Source: Deltaproteobacteria bacterium (lineage in GTDB: Bacteria; Desulfobacterota; Syntrophia; Syntrophales; JAFGHS01). Taken from it: a DNA stretch of 40,134 nucleotides. The DNA lies in assembly GCA_016930075.1 (NCBI GenBank), contig JAFGHS010000175.1, positions 1-40,134 on the forward strand, read 5' to 3'. Positions within the stretch are counted from its first letter, which is position 1; every line of letters starts with the position of its first letter. A model generated the notes under the pieces. That model ran no database searches. It was given only the letters and a program-made list of their open reading frames with translations, and had not been told where the DNA came from. The position numbers were made by a program, and so were the translations under genes. Shown in pieces: positions 8,277 to 17,643 of this stretch.

Positions 8277-10651
8277 ATCGCGATCAAATCGAGAATGGCC
8301 AGGGCCGCTTCTTTTGCCAGGGGGCCCACGTCGAGGCTGGGGCCGACGCAACTGGGGCAGCCGTAGCTGCACGAGCAGTTTCGGATCAGGCCGGCCGCCG
8401 CCGTCAGCGTCCCGTCGTGTTCCTCAAAAAGCAGCTCGGAAAAGCCGATGCCGCCCGGATAAGCGTCGAAGATGAAGATGGTCGGATCGAAGGCGTCCAT
8501 CATAGCGTTTTGTTCTTCGACAGGTTTGTCTTTTCCGTCCGTTCCGACGCGGGTCAGCATCCGCCCCCCCCTGCCGTGGCGGACAAACCATTCGCCACTT
8601 TTGTCGCCGATGCACTTGTCGATGTCCCGGACGTCGGCCATGAGGATCATGGCCGCCAGGTGATAGAGGCAGTAGGCTAACCCCGACAGGCCGTCAATGA
8701 TCTGCGCTTCGTTGTAAGGCAGTTTCTGGAGGAGATTCCGGGGGATCGTGAACCAGTAACTCGTCGTGTGCATGTCCTTTTCCGGGAGGGTGACATCGCC
8801 GTAGCCCAGATTTTCCGAGGTATAAAACTTGATCTTTTTATAGCCTACCACTTTTCTGACGACCTGGACCTCGCCGTGCTCGCAGATGACGTTTTTTGCC
8901 TTCTTCTCGTCGAAGACGTCGATGACCCGGACATTGGTGTATGTCATGGCGTCGGTGTAATGATCGACATCGCATTTTTTGACGTAGGCCTTTTTTGCCT
9001 CCAGATCGAGGTTTTCCACATGGTACTGCTGGGATTCCACCATGTAGACGGCGTCTTTGTGGACGGCGGTGAAGGCGCTGTCCCAGTCGACCTCCGCGAT
9101 GACCTTATGGGCCCCCGCCTCCGTCACGTCGATGACGACGACATTTTCCGGATTGATGCTGCGCAGGCTCACCTCGTCGGCGGGATAGCTCTCTGCCGCC
9201 CAGTGCCACCGTTCGCCCACCCGGTGCAGGACGCCCTTGTCTTCGAGATAGCTCAGCAGATCGACCAGATTTTCTTTCCCGAATTGTTCGCCTTTTTCGA
9301 AGGGAAGTTCAAAGGCGGCGCTTTTCAGGTGGTGGAGCAGGATCAGCAGGTTGTCCGGATTGACGCGGCAGTGTTCGGGCGACCGGGAAAAGAAATAGTC
9401 GGGATTTTCCACGATGAACTGGTCCATGGGATTGCTCCGGGCGATAAGAAGGGCCAGGCTTTTCCCCAGCCGGCGTCCCGCCCTGCCGGCCTGCTGCCAG
9501 GTGCTCGCAATGGAGCCGGGATAGCCGACCATGATGCACGCCCCCAGATCGCCGATGTCGATGCCCAGTTCGAGGGCGTTGGTGCTGACGACGCCCATGA
9601 CGTCGCCCGTTCGCAGGCCGCTTTCGATCTGCCGGCGCAGATTGGGGAGGTAGCCGCCCCGGTAGCCGGAGACGAAATTCTTATCCACCGGAGCGCCTTT
9701 TTTAAAAACGTCCTTGAGATATTTGGTGAGAATTTCCACGTTGAGGCGGCTTGTCGTGAAGACGATGGTCTGAATGTCGTTGGCGATCAGTTCGGAGGCC
9801 ACGATCCGAGCGGGCGTCAGGGCCGACTGCCGGATGCCGAGCTCACGGTTGACGACGGGCGGGTTGTAAAGAAAAAAGGTTTTGGCCGCTGTGGGGGCAC
9901 CGCTTTTTTCAATCAAGGCCACGGGACGCTCCAGGATATTTTCGGCATGCTCTTTCGGATTGGCGACGGTGGCGGAACAGCAGACAAACGTGGGCGACTG
10001 GCCGTAAAACCGGCAGACGCGCACAAGCCTTCGGATGACATTCGTCAGGTGAGAGCCGAAAACGCCGCGGTACACATGGAGTTCGTCGATGACCACATAG
10101 CGGATATTCTGAAAGAGTTTTTGCCATTTCGTATGGTGGGGAAGAATCCCCGCATGGAGCATGTCGGGATTTGTGACGACAATGTGCCCCTGTTTGCGTA
10201 TGGCCTGGCGGGCGTCGTCGGGCGTATCGCCGTCGTAGGTATACGTTTTGATGTCGGCTGTGAGTTCGTTGATCAGCCCCTGGGCTTCGTGCATCTGATC
10301 CTGCGCCAGGGCCTTGGTCGGAAAGATGTATAACGCCCTGGTCTCCGGCTCTTCCAGAATTTTCTGGAGGACCGGAAGATTGTAGCACAGGGTTTTGCCG
10401 CTTGCCGTCGGCGTGACGAGAACGACGTCCCGGCCGTTTCGGGCGTGCTCGACCGCTTCGGCCTGATGGCTGTATAGCTGTTTGATGCCCCTTTTTCCGA
10501 GGGCGTTGATGATGGCCGGATGAACCCAGGGCGGGAAGGGGAGGAATGAGCCGTCCGTCGCGGGCAAGTGTTTGACGGCCTTGACGTTTTCCATGAACCG
10601 CCGGTTGTTTTCAGCCCTTGCAAGCCATTCCTCCATGGTCAGCTTTGCCAT
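8273..10651 (-). CDS. mrfA: MrfA/YprA-like DEAD/DEAH-box helicase with a C-terminal DUF1998 (Cys4 zinc) domain
   Basis: Walker A TPTASGKT. DExH-like VVIDELHVYRG. Helicase C-terminal motifs. A C-terminal CSCSYGCPSCVGPS Cys cluster typical of DUF1998. GGAGGG SD 8 nt upstream of the ATG at 10651. The antisense ORF 8768..10333 (521 aa) is an artefact. Confidence 0.85.
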   Translation of the reverse strand: MAKLTMEEWLARAENNRRFMENVKAVKHLPATDGSFLPFPPWVHPAIINALGKRGIKQLYSHQAEAVEHARNGRDVVLVTPTASGKTLCYNLPVLQKILEEPETRALYIFPTKALAQDQMHEAQGLINELTADIKTYTYDGDTPDDARQAIRKQGHIVVTNPDMLHAGILPHHTKWQKLFQNIRYVVIDELHVYRGVFGSHLTNVIRRLVRVCRFYGQSPTFVCCSATVANPKEHAENILERPVALIEKSGAPTAAKTFFLYNPPVVNRELGIRQSALTPARIVASELIANDIQTIVFTTSRLNVEILTKYLKDVFKKGAPVDKNFVSGYRGGYLPNLRRQIESGLRTGDVMGVVSTNALELGIDIGDLGACIMVGYPGSIASTWQQAGRAGRRLGKSLALLIARSNPMDQFIVENPDYFFSRSPEHCRVNPDNLLILLHHLKSAAFELPFEKGEQFGKENLVDLLSYLEDKGVLHRVGERWHWAAESYPADEVSLRSINPENVVVIDVTEAGAHKVIAEVDWDSAFTAVHKDAVYMVESQQYHVENLDLEAKKAYVKKCDVDHYTDAMTYTNVRVIDVFDEKKAKNVICEHGEVQVVRKVVGYKKIKFYTSENLGYGDVTLPEKDMHTTSYWFTIPRNLLQKLPYNEAQIIDGLSGLAYCLYHLAAMILMADVRDIDKCIGDKSGEWFVRHGRGGRMLTRVGTDGKDKPVEEQNAMMDAFDPTIFIFDAYPGGIGFSELLFEEHDGTLTAAAGLIRNCSCSYGCPSCVGPSLDVGPLAKEAALAILDLIAI

Positions 10652-10771
10652 GCTTTTTCCCTCCGTGTTTATCTTTTCGGCATCCTATATAGTATAGCCA
10701 CTCAAATAAGTAAATCATCATATCGCCTGCCTGCGTCCCTTAATTTTTAGCCGTTTCGATGTTATTTCTTA

Positions 10772-10800
10772 TTGACATGACTTATGTATTTTCTTATGAT
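10772..10800 (+). promoter_or_regulatory. Sigma70-type promoter candidate (TTGACA-17-TATGAT) for the cNMP/GGDEF gene
   Basis: TTGACA at 10772-10777, a 17-nt spacer, then TATGAT at 10795-10800. It lies ~50 nt upstream of the 10851 start. Confidence 0.4.
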
Positions 10801-10850
10801 GACAAAAATTTATCACGGGCATGCAACCTTTTCCATGGCGGGAGGTCATT

Positions 10851-11807
10851 ATGAGTAATGAAAGATACATGGATGACGAGACCTTGCGGCAGATTCAATT
10901 ATTCCGGTATGTGGACTTCGATGCGGTAAGGGGCTTGATTGACACCTGTATGACCGTCACGTTGCAGGCTGAAGAAATTCTTCTCACGCCGGGCGATATG
11001 AACAGCACGGTTTATCTGTTGGTGTCGGGCCGCTTAAGGGTGCATCTCAATTCTTTGGACGACGAACCGATCATGATCGGCGAAGGCGAGAGCGTGGGAG
11101 AGATGTCGGTGATCGATCACCAGCCCGTTTCCGCTTACGTCGTTGCCGATGAACCTTGCGTCTTGCTTGCCATGAATGAAGAAGCCCTCTGGTCTCTCGT
11201 CAGATCCTCTCATGCCGCAGCCTGTAATCTGTTGTTTACGCTCACCGGCAGGTTGAGAAGCACCGATAAGCTGATCAATGGAGACAATCTTGCCCTGGAA
11301 GACGTCTACTCGCACTATTGCAGCGTCGATGCCCTTACGGGGCTTCACAGCCGTTACTGGATCGACAATATGTTCGCCCGCCTCTTCAGCCGGTCTTTAA
11401 ATAACAGCGAGCCCATGTCCGTCATTTTGATTGATATTGATAAGTTTACACAATTCAACGAATTGTACGGCTCCACTCAAGGCGACCGCATCCTTTACTA
11501 CATGGCCCATACATTGACGGCGAATCTGCTGCCGACGGAAATCATTGCCCGCTCGGGGGATGATGAATTTTTGGTCCTGTTGCCGGGGTGGGGAATCGAC
11601 AATGCAAGGCTGGTAGCCGAACGTTTGCTGAATGCCGTCGTCAATACGGTTCCGGCAATGCCGGACGGTACGGTCATGCCTCATCCGACCATTTCGGTGG
11701 GTATTGCCCAGATGCAGCCGGAGCAAACGATTGACCAGCTCATTGCTGCGGCGGAAGACGCCCTTTCCCGCGCCAGGATGATCGGGGGAAACAGCATATC
11801 GGAGTAG
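10851..11807 (+). CDS. Cyclic-nucleotide-binding (cNMP/CAP-like) domain fused to a GGDEF domain whose signature is degenerate (SGDDEF)
   Basis: The N-terminal beta-roll region has ...GDMNSTVYLLVSGRLRV...GEGESVGEMSVI... as in CAP/cNMP-binding domains. The C-terminal GGDEF fold (LTGLHSRYW..., DIDKFTQFNELYG) carries RSGDDEF where the active-site motif is normally RxGGDEF, so the second Gly is replaced by Asp. I prefer the ATG at 10851, which has a GGAGG SD, over 10821. Confidence 0.85.
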   Translation: MSNERYMDDETLRQIQLFRYVDFDAVRGLIDTCMTVTLQAEEILLTPGDMNSTVYLLVSGRLRVHLNSLDDEPIMIGEGESVGEMSVIDHQPVSAYVVADEPCVLLAMNEEALWSLVRSSHAAACNLLFTLTGRLRSTDKLINGDNLALEDVYSHYCSVDALTGLHSRYWIDNMFARLFSRSLNNSEPMSVILIDIDKFTQFNELYGSTQGDRILYYMAHTLTANLLPTEIIARSGDDEFLVLLPGWGIDNARLVAERLLNAVVNTVPAMPDGTVMPHPTISVGIAQMQPEQTIDQLIAAAEDALSRARMIGGNSISE

Positions 11808-11907
11808 AGCGGTTTCATTCCCGTTTTGTACGCCGTCACGAAAAAGCTGCAAGTCTGTCCGGCCGTCGCGTCCCAAGTTAATCCAAAGGATTAATATATC
11901 GATCAGC

Positions 11908-12381
11908 GTGAACATGATGAATCTGTGCTTCATATATCAGAGGATGCGCATATTTTTAACGGTTGCTGCAGCCGTCATAATACTGACAGCGATCATAAGC
12001 CCCGATACCGGCTGCTGCGGCGACGAACGGTTATCGGCGCCCTGGGATTTCAACCATGGGGCTGAAGCTGAGGAGAAAGACACAGCCCCGGAAACAAAAC
12101 CATCGATCGGCGGCGCTCTTTTGATCGGCGCCGTCAGGTTTTACCAAAACCACCTGTCGCCGGTTATCGGCGACAGGTGCCCCATGTACCCATCCTGTTC
12201 GGCATACAGCATCCAGGCTATCAGAAAACACGGTTTTTTCATGGGATGGCTAATGACGGCAGACAGGCTGATACATGAAAATACGGAAATGGATTTAGCG
12301 CCCTTGATCAGGGTCAAGGATGAATTCCGCCGTTATGATCCGGTCTCGGGTAACGACTTCTGGTGGTACAAGCAGCAATAA
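11908..12381 (+). CDS. yidD: YidD-family membrane protein insertion efficiency factor-like protein, with an N-terminal TM extension and a C-terminal tail
   Basis: Core motif RFYQNHLSPVIGDRCPMYPSCSAYSIQAIRKHG matches the YidD (hemolytic-domain) signature R-F-Y-Q...C-x-F/Y-x-P-S-C-S-x-Y. At 157 aa it is roughly twice the usual length. The start is uncertain because there is no clear SD. Confidence 0.7.
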   Translation: MNMMNLCFIYQRMRIFLTVAAAVIILTAIISPDTGCCGDERLSAPWDFNHGAEAEEKDTAPETKPSIGGALLIGAVRFYQNHLSPVIGDRCPMYPSCSAYSIQAIRKHGFFMGWLMTADRLIHENTEMDLAPLIRVKDEFRRYDPVSGNDFWWYKQQ

Positions 12382-12494
12382 TCTTATGTCGCCGAAAACA
12401 GAAAATACATGTTGTCCGAAGCGATGCCGCTGAGATATATCTGGAGGCAGGGGATCAGGATACAGGTTTTAAAATTTAAAAAGAAAGAAGCTGT

Positions 12495-13427
12495 TTGATG
12501 GGTAATCATATGAATAAGATAAAAAGGAATAAACGGATAATCGGGATCTGCGTCATGATTTTCAGTTGCTTTGTGATCATGAGCGTCATCGGCTGCGCCC
12601 CGAAAACGGCGCCGCCGCCGCAAGCGGTATCGACAAAACCGGCAAGGGTTGCCCTTGTTTTGGGCGCCGGCTCGGCAAAGGGGTTTGCCCATATCGGGGT
12701 GATCAAGGTACTGGAGTCGCAAAAGGTGCCCATTCACATGGTTGTCGGCACATCGGCGGGCAGTTTTGTCGGTTCAGTCTATGCCTATGGATATAATGCC
12801 TACGAGATGCAGAATATGTCTTTTGCCCTTGAACGGGATGATGTGTTTGATTTCGTCATACCCGACAATGGATTTGTCAAGGGTGAGAAATTGCAAAACT
12901 ATGTCAACAAGACGCTCAGGAATACGCCTCTTGAGAAATTGAAGATTCCTTTTTATGCCATAGCGACGGACATTCAGTCCGGCGAGGAAGTCGGTTTCGC
13001 CACAGGAAATGCAGGGATTGCTGTCCGCGCAAGTTGTTCCATTCCGGGCGTATTCCAGCCGGCAAAAATATCAGGGAAAACCTATGTGGACGGCGGCGTT
13101 GTCAGTCCCGTGGCGGTTGATTTTGCAAGAAAGCAGGGTGCCGATGTCGTCATTGCTGTTGATATTTCAGCGGGAATCGGTGGGGCGGTTCCGAAAGGCA
13201 CGATCGACACCATCCTGCAGTCCATCGATATTATGCATTCGAAAATCTCGGAAGCCCAACTGAGCAAAGCGGATGTAGTGATCAAACCGAAAGTGGGATA
13301 TATTGGCGCGAGCGATTTGACGAAGCGTCACGAGGCCGTTCTGGAAGGCGAAAAAGCAGCTCTTGCGGCAATGCCGGCGATCAATAATATCCTGGCAAGG
13401 CTCAGGACGGAAGGCCGGATGCCATGA
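12495..13427 (+). CDS. Patatin-like phospholipase (lipoprotein/secreted)
   Basis: Oxyanion-hole GAGSAKGFAHIGV. GxSxG nucleophile GTSAGS. Asp-Gly dyad VDGGV. N-terminal hydrophobic segment with a ...VIGC lipobox-like site. The start could be 12495 or 12510. Confidence 0.85.
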   Translation: MMGNHMNKIKRNKRIIGICVMIFSCFVIMSVIGCAPKTAPPPQAVSTKPARVALVLGAGSAKGFAHIGVIKVLESQKVPIHMVVGTSAGSFVGSVYAYGYNAYEMQNMSFALERDDVFDFVIPDNGFVKGEKLQNYVNKTLRNTPLEKLKIPFYAIATDIQSGEEVGFATGNAGIAVRASCSIPGVFQPAKISGKTYVDGGVVSPVAVDFARKQGADVVIAVDISAGIGGAVPKGTIDTILQSIDIMHSKISEAQLSKADVVIKPKVGYIGASDLTKRHEAVLEGEKAALAAMPAINNILARLRTEGRMP

Positions 13428-13451
13428 CCTTATGTTTTAAAGGGATTCAAT

Positions 13452-14192
13452 ATGGTTGTTATCGGCGGCAGGGCACACACGATTGAGGAGATTCATGAAG
13501 TTGGAAGGCTCGGCTATCCGTATGCCGAGATTTCGCTTTATGTCCCGGAACAGGCTCAAAACGACCTCGATCAATTATTGAGGATGAAAAACGAATACGG
13601 CATCACCTATCTTGCCCATTTTCCCAATGAGGGCAATCCTGCCGATTTGGAGAATTTACGGGAACGTTTTGTTCCCCGCATGAAAAAGCTGTTCGCGTGT
13701 GCCGCTGCACTCGGCATCAGGAAAGGGACGTTCCATTTCTGGATCGACGAACGGCATATTGCACACGATGCTATTGTCGAAAAGATCGAGTTGATTATGG
13801 ACATGGTGCAAGCTGCCGGGCGCCTCGGCATTGTATTGTGTCTGGAGAACTTAAGCGAGCCTTTCCATAATTTTATGCCCGCTTTCAGCCGCGTTCCTAA
13901 TCTCAGAATGACGCTCGACATCGGCCATGCCCAGCTCATAACGGAAAAAAACACATCGTTCGGCTTTATCGACCATTGCTTCGACCGCATCGCCCATCTT
14001 CATGTTCATGACAACAAAGGCGGCCTGTCCGTGAAAGATGACCTTCACCTGCCTCTGGGCGACGGGATTGTGGATTATCCGCAGATATTCGCCCTTCTTA
14101 ATCAAAGGGGCTATGCATCGACAATCACCATGGAGGTGAAGCCCCCGGCAATGGCAAAAACAAGGGAGGAAATTCTAAAATACCTGGAATAA
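13452..14192 (+). CDS. Sugar phosphate isomerase/epimerase, xylose-isomerase-like TIM barrel family
   Basis: Motifs LCLENL, LDIGHAQL, HLHVHDN...LPLGDGIVDY, typical of AP-endonuclease 2 / xylose isomerase-like TIM barrels. Confidence 0.8.
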   Translation: MVVIGGRAHTIEEIHEVGRLGYPYAEISLYVPEQAQNDLDQLLRMKNEYGITYLAHFPNEGNPADLENLRERFVPRMKKLFACAAALGIRKGTFHFWIDERHIAHDAIVEKIELIMDMVQAAGRLGIVLCLENLSEPFHNFMPAFSRVPNLRMTLDIGHAQLITEKNTSFGFIDHCFDRIAHLHVHDNKGGLSVKDDLHLPLGDGIVDYPQIFALLNQRGYASTITMEVKPPAMAKTREEILKYLE

Positions 14193-14271
14193 ATGATTTC
14201 TTAACGCAATGATCGTGTCATATCGTATCGAAAAGTATCGGAATGGTCTTTTCAAAAGGAGGTAGTTGCAA

Positions 14272-14841
14272 ATGACCGCATTGGAAATCGTCTACATTAT
14301 ATGTTTTGTCTTTGGTCTGGCCTACGCCGTCATATCAACCGTTTTTGGGGGAATACATGCCGACGGCGGTTTTGACGCCCCGGGCGACGCTTCCGGTTCC
14401 ATGCATGCCGATATTGGACATGACAGCGGAACCATGCATTTCTCGCCCCTCAGCCCTGTCGTTATCGCCATGTTTCTCACCGCATTCGGGGCAGCAGGCA
14501 TGATATGCCTGAAAGCCTTTAAATTGCCGATTTATTATGGATTAACCATTGCCGTTCTCGTCGGCCTCGCCGTTGCCGCCGTAACTTTTTTCATTTTCGT
14601 TACGCTGTTCAGCAAAACGCAGGGCAGCAGCGAATCCAATGTTGCATCGATCATCGGCAAGGAAGCAGAAGTCATCACCCCCATCCCGGCAGACGGCGTC
14701 GGAGAAATTGCCTATATATCCAAGGGTGCGAGATACACAGCCCCGGCGCGATCAGCTCTGCAGACGGATATAAGATCGCACACCATCGTTACGGTTGATA
14801 AAATTGTCGGCAATATGTTTATCGTTAAAGCGTCGGAATAA
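14272..14841 (+). CDS. NfeD-family membrane protein (short form; flotillin/stomatin-associated), OB-fold C-terminus
   Basis: N-terminal TM helices and a C-terminal beta domain (VGEIAYISKGARYTAPARS...IVTVDKIVGNMFIVKASE), as in YuaF/NfeD. I prefer the ATG at 14272 with an AAGGAGG SD 9 nt upstream over the TTG at 14266. A flotillin gene lies immediately downstream. Confidence 0.8.
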   Translation: MTALEIVYIICFVFGLAYAVISTVFGGIHADGGFDAPGDASGSMHADIGHDSGTMHFSPLSPVVIAMFLTAFGAAGMICLKAFKLPIYYGLTIAVLVGLAVAAVTFFIFVTLFSKTQGSSESNVASIIGKEAEVITPIPADGVGEIAYISKGARYTAPARSALQTDIRSHTIVTVDKIVGNMFIVKASE

Positions 14842-14882
14842 TCTTACGTACATATTTAAAAGCGGAAAGGAGTAGGTTCACA

Positions 14883-16346
14883 ATGGCTGAATACATCGGT
14901 ATTTTTGGAAGTTATGGATGGGTTGCGCTGGGAACGATTGCGGTAGTCATCGTACTGATCCTGTTGCTCCGGCTGTACGGCGATCGTTACACCAAGGTCG
15001 GCCCCAATCAGGTCCTTATTGTTTCCGGTCTGAGGCATAGGACGACGGAAGGACAGGACGTCGGTTTCAGATTGTTGAAGGGCGGCGGTACATTTGTCTG
15101 GCCCATATTTGAAAAGGCTGAGTTACTTTCCCTGGAATTGTTGACACTGGATGTGCGGTTGAAAGAGGTTTATACCATAACCGGTGTTTCGATAAATGTC
15201 GATGGCGTAGCCCAGGTCAAGATCAAAGGCGAAGATCGCTCCATCCGCACAGCCGCCGAGCGGTTTCTCGGAAAAACAGAGGAACAGATAAAAAGCATCG
15301 CCCTGCAAACCGTTGAGGGTCATTTGCGGGCGATTGTCGGCACCTTGAGTGTTGAGGATATCTACAAAAACCGGGATGTATTTGCCCAGAAAGTGCAGGA
15401 AGTGTCGGCGGGAGACCTGGCCAATATGGGGCTGGCAATAGATTCCTTTACGGTTCGCGACATTAAAGATGACCACGGCTATCTGGATGCCTTGGGAAAA
15501 CCGCGCGTTGCGCAGGTTAAGCGGGATGCCATTATTGCCCAGGCGGAAGCGGATCGCGATTCGATGATCCGCAGTTCTCAGGCCAGTCAGGCCGGTCAGG
15601 AGGCGAAATTTCTGGCAGACACAAAGATCGCGGAGGCAAATCAGAACTTCGAGGTCAGTAAGGCGTCTTATCAGATGAATATCAATCAGCGAAAGGCCGA
15701 AGCTGATCTGGCCTATGATCTTCAGAGATACAAAACGAATCAAGCCGTCAAGGCCGAAGAAATCCAGGTGACCGTTATCGAGAAGGAGCGAATGATAACC
15801 GTCCAGGAAAGAGAAATCACGCGCCGGCAGAAGGAATTGGAAGCAACGATATCCAAGCCCGCCGATGCGGAGAAATACAGAATCGAAACGCTGGCCAACG
15901 CCGAGAAGTATAAAACCATGACTGAAGCGGAAGGCCGGGCCAACGCCTTGAAGAATATCGGCATCGGGGAGGCGGAAGCGACGCGCGCCAAAGGTCTGGC
16001 GCAGGCCAATGTCATCCAGGCGACCGGTCTTTCCGAAGCGGAAGCCATGGCCAAAAAGGCCGAATCCTGGAAGGCTTATAACCAGGCGGCGGTCACCCAG
16101 TTGATCATTGAAAAATTGCCGGAACTGGCCCGCGCCATCGCGGAGCCGCTGGCCAAGACGGAAAAGATCATCGTCATCAGTCAGGGAGGCGATTCCGCCG
16201 GCGCCTCGAAAATAACGCAGGACGTAACCAACGTCATTGCCCAGTTGCCGCCTGTCGTTGAGGCGCTCACCGGCATGAAGCTGGAAGACCTGGTCGGAAA
16301 ACTTCCCAAGCTGGGAGGCGAAGCAAAAAAAACTGAGGGTAAATAG
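14883..16346 (+). CDS. Flotillin (SPFH/band-7 family, FloT/YqiK-like) with an Ala/Glu-rich coiled-coil
   Basis: N-terminal TM/hairpin (GWVALGTIAVVIVLILLL). SPFH core. A long EA-rich heptad region (AEAD..QAEADRD..EAKFLAD...). AAAGGAG SD. Confidence 0.9.
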   Translation: MAEYIGIFGSYGWVALGTIAVVIVLILLLRLYGDRYTKVGPNQVLIVSGLRHRTTEGQDVGFRLLKGGGTFVWPIFEKAELLSLELLTLDVRLKEVYTITGVSINVDGVAQVKIKGEDRSIRTAAERFLGKTEEQIKSIALQTVEGHLRAIVGTLSVEDIYKNRDVFAQKVQEVSAGDLANMGLAIDSFTVRDIKDDHGYLDALGKPRVAQVKRDAIIAQAEADRDSMIRSSQASQAGQEAKFLADTKIAEANQNFEVSKASYQMNINQRKAEADLAYDLQRYKTNQAVKAEEIQVTVIEKERMITVQEREITRRQKELEATISKPADAEKYRIETLANAEKYKTMTEAEGRANALKNIGIGEAEATRAKGLAQANVIQATGLSEAEAMAKKAESWKAYNQAAVTQLIIEKLPELARAIAEPLAKTEKIIVISQGGDSAGASKITQDVTNVIAQLPPVVEALTGMKLEDLVGKLPKLGGEAKKTEGK

Positions 16347-16350
16347 CAGA

Positions 16351-17613
16351 TTGATTTATTTCAATGAAAAGACGATTCATAAACGTGTCCACATGGCATT
16401 AGCGTGCCTTCTGACGTTCTTTTTCATGACAGGATTTTGTCGGCCTGCCGATGTTGCAGCACAACCTCTTATTGCGACTGATCTCGTATTCATGACGGAG
16501 CAGTATCCGCCCTTTAACTTTGAAGAAAAAGGGCGGCTGCAGGGGATAGCCGTCGATCTGCTCGAAGAGATATTGAAAAAGGCAAATGTCGATTTCAACC
16601 GGAACCAAATTTGCCTGACGAGTTGGACGGAAGGTTACCGAAGGGCCCTGAAGGAGAAAAATACGATTGTATTTTCTACGACCAGAACGCCGGAGCGGGA
16701 AAAGCTCTTCCAGTGGGTCGGCCCCATTGCTCCAACGAAAATCGTCATCATCGCCCGGAAGGACCGATCGTTAAAAATACATGCGTTCGATGATTTAAAG
16801 AAGTTAAAAATCGCCGCACTGCGGGATGACATCGGTGAACAGCTCCTGATGCGGGGAGGGATCAAAAGCAGGGCTATTATCGTCAAGGAAAAAGCTGAAG
16901 ACGTCATCCGCATGCTTGAGGCAGGAACCGCCGACGCCTGGGCCTATGAAGAAACGGCAGGACTCTGGCTGATCAAGCACATGGCGGCCGATCCGGGAAA
17001 TTTTGCGGGTCTATATCGTCTCGATGAAGGCGAGCTCTACTTTGCCGTTAATCGGAAGACGCCGGAAGAAGCGGTCAAAAAGATGCAGAACGCGTTGAAC
17101 GATCTCAAAAACGAAAAGGCGATGGACGGTTTCAGTGTTTATGAAAGAATCTTCGATTACTACCTCAAGCCGCGCTACATCAAAGACCGGATCACCGATG
17201 AACAGGCGATGCAAATGGTTCAACGCGTCGCCAGGGATTTGGCCGGGGACGCTTCCGGGACGATCAGCAGGATCAACGCCGGAGAGCATCCCTACAGGGA
17301 CAGGGATAATCCCGCATTTTACGTTTTTATGTACGATACGGATGTAACGATGATCGCTCACGCCGATAATATCAAAATGGTAGGCAGAAACTTCAAGGGC
17401 AAGACGGATGTGAACGGCAAAGCTTTCCGGGATGAAATTGTCGCCAAAGCGCTGCAAAACGGGAGCGGGTGGGAGGATTACATCTATACCAACCCCAGCG
17501 AAAGCGGCCTTTACTACAAGACGACCTACTTCATGACGGCAAGGGGAAGCGACGGCCGGATGTACATCGTCTGTTCGGGAAAGTTCAAAGATCATCAGGG
17601 ATTATTCCATTAA
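16351..17613 (+). CDS. Periplasmic sensor-like protein with no transmitter domain: SBP_bac_3 (amino-acid-type solute-binding) domain fused to a single Cache-like domain
   Basis: After the signal sequence, the N-terminal half has SBP_bac_3 features (LVFMTEQYPPFNFEEKGRLQGIAVDLLEEILKKANVD...). The C-terminal ~130 aa (YVFMYDTDVTMIAHADN...GKAFRDEIV...GWEDYIYTNP...YYKTTYF) resemble sCache_2. The TTG at 16351 gives a basic n-region followed by a hydrophobic core. The alternative ATG at 16393 has no obvious SD. Confidence 0.8.
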   Translation: MIYFNEKTIHKRVHMALACLLTFFFMTGFCRPADVAAQPLIATDLVFMTEQYPPFNFEEKGRLQGIAVDLLEEILKKANVDFNRNQICLTSWTEGYRRALKEKNTIVFSTTRTPEREKLFQWVGPIAPTKIVIIARKDRSLKIHAFDDLKKLKIAALRDDIGEQLLMRGGIKSRAIIVKEKAEDVIRMLEAGTADAWAYEETAGLWLIKHMAADPGNFAGLYRLDEGELYFAVNRKTPEEAVKKMQNALNDLKNEKAMDGFSVYERIFDYYLKPRYIKDRITDEQAMQMVQRVARDLAGDASGTISRINAGEHPYRDRDNPAFYVFMYDTDVTMIAHADNIKMVGRNFKGKTDVNGKAFRDEIVAKALQNGSGWEDYIYTNPSESGLYYKTTYFMTARGSDGRMYIVCSGKFKDHQGLFH

Positions 17614-17643
17614 GACGTCTGCTTTTTTTGTGAGAAGGGTCCA

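Noticed and set aside
8768-10333. 521-aa plus-strand ORF
   Set aside because: It is entirely antisense to the MrfA-like helicase gene, which has clear Walker/DExH motifs and a strong SD. GC-rich antisense frames commonly stay open. No motifs were found.
12384-12737. 117-aa minus-strand ORF
   Set aside because: It overlaps the start of the patatin gene on the opposite strand. It has an Arg-rich artefactual translation.
17614-17643. AGACGTCT palindrome plus T7 as a terminator between the Cache-sensor gene and the GGDEF regulator gene
   Set aside because: The 8-mer is self-complementary with no loop, so it cannot form a stable hairpin. A GAGAAGGG SD follows immediately, so the genes are more likely co-transcribed.
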